Positions 58,512 through 64,000 of a DNA stretch of 64,000 nt are shown here, one piece after another. This DNA comes from Trichoplax sp. H2 (taxonomy: Eukaryota): assembly GCA_003344405.1 (NCBI GenBank), contig NOWV01000032.1, positions 372,001-436,000 of the forward strand. Reading direction: 5' to 3'. The position numbers were made by a program, and so were the translations under genes. Positions within the stretch are counted from its first letter, which is position 1, and every line of letters starts with the position of its first letter. The notes below the pieces were generated by a model. It was not told the origin of the DNA, searched no databases, and saw only the letters and a program-made list of their open reading frames with translations.

Positions 58512-61500
58512 ATGAGTTTCTCATATTTCAGTAGCTATGACGTGAATGAGAACATCAACCAATATGTTTCACCCGAAGGTTGTCAAGGAACATCAAATCA
58601 GTGCCAGCCTTCAAGCATGAACAATTTTGATCAAGTTCGACATGGCAAGTATATTATGCAATACTCTAATTTTAAATTGTAATTAATATTGATACAGTAT
58701 AGTACATACATATTGTATACTGTATACAGTACATAGGGGTGGGTATACTATAATAAATAATTACTGTATACGCGGTGCAGACTAGTGCGACTGCAGTACA
58801 GTGGTACAGGTGTATCATGGCGAAAGTATGCTGCTGTGCTGTAACATCAGGAAAGATCGAAATTGCTGCAATACTTCCTTCACGATACTTACGATCTAAA
58901 TGAATAAACTTAAGTAGAATAACGTTCTATCTAGACTTGCTGAACTAGCCAAGCACTATGAACAAAGTATTACAGTATTGTTCACTGTTCAGCACTCACA
59001 CTCCGATAGATACTGTAAAACATAGAAAAACTAAACTAAAATCGTACAGGTAACCTACGATTCTTTTTTAATAAGAAGGCAATTCAGTAACTCGTATGAC
59101 TCATTGTTTAATAACTTTAAATTGAGCGAAAATAGAGGGTGGCCTTTTTATTATAAAGTAAATTTACATTCGTTATTAATTTGACTAACTCCATTCAAAG
59201 GTACATTTTGAAAGTACTGTAGTAGCGATATTCATTGCACGTCTATTCATATTACAACTTACAAGTTCGTAAAAATAAGGATGATAGAACTTTTCTCTGT
59301 GGACAGGAGTACCTGCATTCGTTACGTTTGAATGATTATAATTGATAAAGATAGATTTCTTGATAAGGAATGGCAATATTTTATCCTATTGGCATGTATT
59401 TAACGACTTATACAGACTTACCATGTGCGCTTAGATTGTATAGTTTTGTGTACTGTAGTATTCGAGTTAATTAACTACAAACGTACTCATGGCAGGCATG
59501 ACTAGAAAAATAAAAATTTTATTTTCTGATATAAATACTGCAAGATTGTTTCAGACAACCACGCCTTGTTTCGATCGCTTACTACTGATCTTCATTAACT
59601 AAGTTGAGTGCATTTAGATAATATCAATGTTAAACACCTGGCGAAATTATTAAAATCAGCTTATAAATGCTAATTGCCCAAACGGTTCTTACTAGAGTAA
59701 CAATTGGTGATTTCGTAAGATACATGCCAGTAAATTGCTACTTTATTTGAAGGGTTAATATTTTTTCTGGCTGATACAAGTAACTTAATAGCTGATGATG
59801 TGTCTGTTGTTATATGATACTTATTTTTATTTTAATAAATCATGCTTTCCCAGAGCTATACTGAGCCAGATCGTTAATGTAAGACAGTATGAACACGTAG
59901 TGCCTCATCCCTAGTCTGCTATTTTTTAGTTATGTACATTTCTTTAATTAATTAAGCAAAACGTGCTGTATACAATAGAACTGTAAAGTGTAGATGAACA
60001 TCCAAATATTCGTATCAGAATGTGACTCGTATGCTGTGCCCTTTACAAAGCATGCAGTAGTTTTATCATGGCAAGTTGGCGTACGTCCTAATCTTACGTC
60101 TTAATAAAATTAAGACGTAAAATATAGGACTAAATCGAAACAACGATGATTCATGATCACTCGTGTTTATCGTCTTTTTTTGTACTATATTGTATTATTA
60201 ACATTGTTGTATTTACCTTCAAAGAACTATTATTCGCTAATTATGTCCTATCCATGTAATATAGATCGATTTTACTTTAGATTTGAAAACTCTTTCTCAC
60301 ATAATCTTTCCAAAAATTCTTCATATACAGTAATGTACGTATATCGTAACATTGAATCCATGGCTAGAGAGTCTGTTTTAATGGAGATAACGGACTTACT
60401 AATGGGAAATTTGATTGTACAGTATTAGTTCTTCCTACGGATCGTCTACTGATTTTACTATTGGTGTTTACTTTAGTATTCTAAAGTAGTTATTATCAAC
60501 CATGCTCAATAAGAGCTAAGATCTTATAATGATCATTTTAAAATTCATTCGTACGTTTAACGCTAACTTAAAGTAACTTTCAATAATATGCATAATGCAA
60601 GTTTTTAAAGAAGTGCACAGAATGATAGAGCAGTACTGTACTGTAGGCTACTATCTAGCATTCTGCGAATTTATAATCATAAATTAATCATTACCATCTA
60701 AATTAATATTTAGATTTAGATCAACGTTTGCGCGATAGACAACCACATAATAACTTGGTTGAACATGGAATAATACCTCGTAAGTACTAGTAGTCTTTAA
60801 ACTAAACTTGATAAGAGAGATTAATTTTCGGCTTGATTTCTCAAGTTTTTGTCCTGTTTTCCCTTGTAATCTTGACATTCCACCTACTTAAAATAGTTTG
60901 AACCAAAATGGTCTAAATACTGGATGATACAACAGAGATCGAAAAATTTTGTATAACTTTTTAACTTCATTGTATATTTCCTACAATCTGTAAGCTCGCG
61001 GAACCAGCGGATCAGTATTTGTAGCTGCTAGGAAGTTACAGCTAATGAAAGTATGGTTCTTTTCCTTAATCTTTACTGATTTTCTATTGTTATAACTTTA
61101 TTATGCGAAAAGAATATCCGATCTCTTCTTACATACATACTGATTCCTACGGTATAATTTTTAATCGTGGATTCTTAGACAAAAGATACTTTGAATAGGA
61201 GGATTAGCAACAGACCACAGAAGAAAGACTTAATGCAGAGAAACATATTAGAATGTACGTTCAATGTCTATTTCGGTTAAATAATGAAATTTTAACAGGT
61301 ATTACTGTCATATCCTGATAGTATTACCGTATCATTGCAAATTGCAGTATGTGATACCTTCGTTAATTTTGGATCTCGTAGCCATCTCGTAATCTTCTAG
61401 ACCTTAATCTATTATGCTTCAAGAAATATATTTTGGTGATTATATGTGTATTTATGTAAATATATTCATTTTTATTAGCCGGTAGGATTGATCCAACGTT

Positions 61501-63709
61501 ACAAGCTAACAGTAAAAAATTAAAAAGGTTACAAATAGTCAATGAACTGAAAAGCTTCATCAGAAACCGACCAACACCTGATAAACTTATCGAGGACAAT
61601 ATCTTACAACCTGAATTTTTAAACAACTTGCATATCAATTCATGCCCTGACTCCCAATCAAACAAATTACAGAACATTGGACGTGACGAAAATTTCGATA
61701 CCTCAGAATCTTTTCGATCATCACCATTTTCCGACTTTTCTGAAATCGAACAAAATCCTGTTAACAATCCTCACGATAGACTGATTGTAACTCCAGATGT
61801 GCCATATCCAGAATCAGATTTAAATGAGAATAGTAATACACAGTTGTCTACAGGTCCATCTGAACATGGCTGTGTTGGTATTGATAGATCTGTGATGTCT
61901 AATTTAAGAAACCAAATTTCGACTATCAATGTAGGAAATATCCCCTCCTCTAATTCACAGTATGTTGGTATTGGTGAATCTCCTCCATCTCAGCAATCCT
62001 TAAGCATATCCTCCTTTGATAGCACTTATTCTACAATGGATCATCGTCACCATAATGACAGTAACGTTATTTTGTGCCAACGGCCAAGATCATTTTCTAA
62101 TCGCGATGATCTTTCTAATCCTATAATCACCTCTAACGCTAATTATTACGTAAGACACTCCCCAAATAACGCTGAAACTGTAACTTTATCGAATCAGTCA
62201 ATACATAATCCAACTAAGGCTACTAATGTAACTCTTGACAGTATCAATCAATTTTCTGAATTTTCTCAATGCCACACTAACGCTCATGTCAACAACAGAT
62301 CCAATACATTAGTCTCTAGAGCCTCGTCAGGTGATCTACATACGCGTAAAATAACTCACACTCAAGAAAATGGCCAGATGAATCACACGTCTCGATCAAG
62401 AGGCAAAAAAGGCCAAAAGAAAAATCAGAAAGAGTTAAAATATCACTTTGCGCAAGGCACACTAATTAAAGATCATCAAGCAAAAATTATATTTACAAAT
62501 GAAAAGCCAAAGCTAAAAAAGGCACAATCTTGCTCTAGTATTAAGACACAAGCGCCAGTTGAAATCTCACTTCAATCTGCAGCAATTTTATCTCCTAATT
62601 GGCATAACAATGTTACTCAAAGAATTGCAGAACTAAAAACGTCTGTAGGAGTAGCTGGTAATTCTCTTTCATAAATATAAAATATCTATTTTCCGCAAGA
62701 TTGTATTATTTTGCTACCACTATTTTAACCTCATTAATGATTACGACAGATGGAACAGATATCAATTTATTGCAAGTTGCAAAGCAAAGCCATAATCAAC
62801 ACGGTAAGAGATTCCTATTTTTATTTTTAGCGCTTGCGAAATGTATTATACATTCAGCTTAGTTGCATTAGTATGGAAATAAGACAGCCTTTGCTTCCAA
62901 CTAGGAAATTCATCCAAGCTTCATGAAATAATTAATACCTCAGCTGGTGATAATTCACAACCATCGCCTTTAGATCGATCCGAGGTGTTACCTTTATTTT
63001 TCAAGAATACATTGTCTGATAACTATCTGAATCAATTACATCGAGATACAATTGTGCAGCCAAATCTTGAGGGTAATACTCATATTAATAACGGTACTTA
63101 GAATCGTCCCCCCCCCCCGTAGTTCTATATCATAAGTGCACCTTGCTTTATATTTGCGGAAATACTACCGTATTCACTTTACTTCGGAATTAATCACGCA
63201 TATTAAATTATAGTTATAACCTAAACGATTCATGTTGCTTTGATTGCATTTAGGAAGTTTCAATTACAATGAAAATGTACCTAAAGACGTAATTGCTGCT
63301 CGGGAGTTTCACTCAAATCAGGATTCAATTCAAGTTGACTTTAATGCAGAAAATAATCAGTGTTCTACAACGAATGCAGCATCTTTTACTTTATCTAATG
63401 ACGAAATTTATGATAATGAGGTAATTCACCTATCGTATATATAAATAAAAGTTAACCGGTTATTAATATAGTAAGAAGATTTCATAGTATGCAATAACTT
63501 AGAATGGATAAACTTTTACCTCTCAACCAGGCGGAATTTGATTTAGAAACTATAACCGACGGCATAAGCTGCGACTTTCAAAGAGGTAACGATAAGAGTT
63601 ATACATATTCGATGTATTTCATCTTTCTGAAGTTATCTTATCTCGCTAATCTATTTTGTTAGAGTCTTATAGAGACGATTTGCACGAACTGATGCATGAA
63701 TTAAACTGA
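58512..63709 (+). CDS. MRTF: Myocardin/MRTF-family SRF co-activator with three RPEL motifs; exons 58512-58644, 60714-60779, 60995-61050, 61179-61254, 61479-62657, 62750-62803, 62944-63072, 63254-63420, 63531-63585, 63663-63709
   Basis: RPEL1 LDQRLRDRQPHNNLVEHGIIP, RPEL2 LNRRISNRPQKKDLMQRNIL, linker DPTLQANSKKLKR and RPEL3 LKSFIRNRPTPDKLIEDNIL. B1-like KKNQKELKYH and an acidic C-terminus. All ten exons join in frame. Confidence 0.82.
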
Positions 63710-64000
63710 TAACTTGGAACTTTTCAACTCAGTATGGCATTATCTTGGTTAGAGCGTATTAAGGCCACGAATAATTTGCCTAACCACTGTATCTCGAAAA
63801 AGTGAATTCAAGGATAAAGATTTCGTTGTATATTTATGAAAATAATTTTATGTTCTTTTTACCTTTGGTATTAATGAAATACCGAAATTCTACCCAGTGT
63901 AATACATATAAAATCAAATATACATAGATGTATATTATATTATATTGCCTAATCAATTTTCTGAGATCGTATTGATTCATGGGAAGCCAACAAATGTTTA

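Noticed and set aside
62658..62674. Stop at 62674 as the end of the MRTF-like gene
   Set aside because: A GT donor at 62658 and five further phase-compatible open exons extend the frame to 63709.

Overview
AT-rich, gene-dense, intron-rich eukaryotic DNA from an early-branching animal. It is most likely a placozoan such as Trichoplax; this is inferred from gene content, short introns and composition, not verified. Fourteen spliced protein-coding genes can be reconstructed by eye: FDXR (3' part, +), a short STX8-like Qc-SNARE (-), ACADVL (+), ERI2 (-), xylosyltransferase XYLT (-), NARS2 (+), TOMM22 (-), NAA60 (+), a REXO5/Rex1-like exonuclease (-), MAD1 (+), EXOC7 (-), WBP11 (+), FOXJ1 (-) and a myocardin/MRTF-family RPEL protein (+). 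Twelve genes form six head-to-head pairs. The most striking unexplained structure is a degenerate (GTACW)n pentamer array (TACAG/TACTG). It sits in all seven 5' intergenic regions and is absent as an array from all six tail-to-tail regions. It is hypervariable between two duplicated, probably allelic copies around a 20-N gap, and it hosts a MITE-like inverted repeat. Also notable are two candidate U12 introns (NAA60, EXOC7), two GC-AG introns, an ACADVL with only its last intron, an STX8 lacking its N-terminal domain, a SAP-less MRTF, an X-box/CCAAT/CRE module upstream of FOXJ1, and linkage matching human 7p22/16p/17/22q13. I saw no RNA genes, CRISPR arrays or autonomous transposons. All comparisons to human proteins and map positions are from memory, not from searches.
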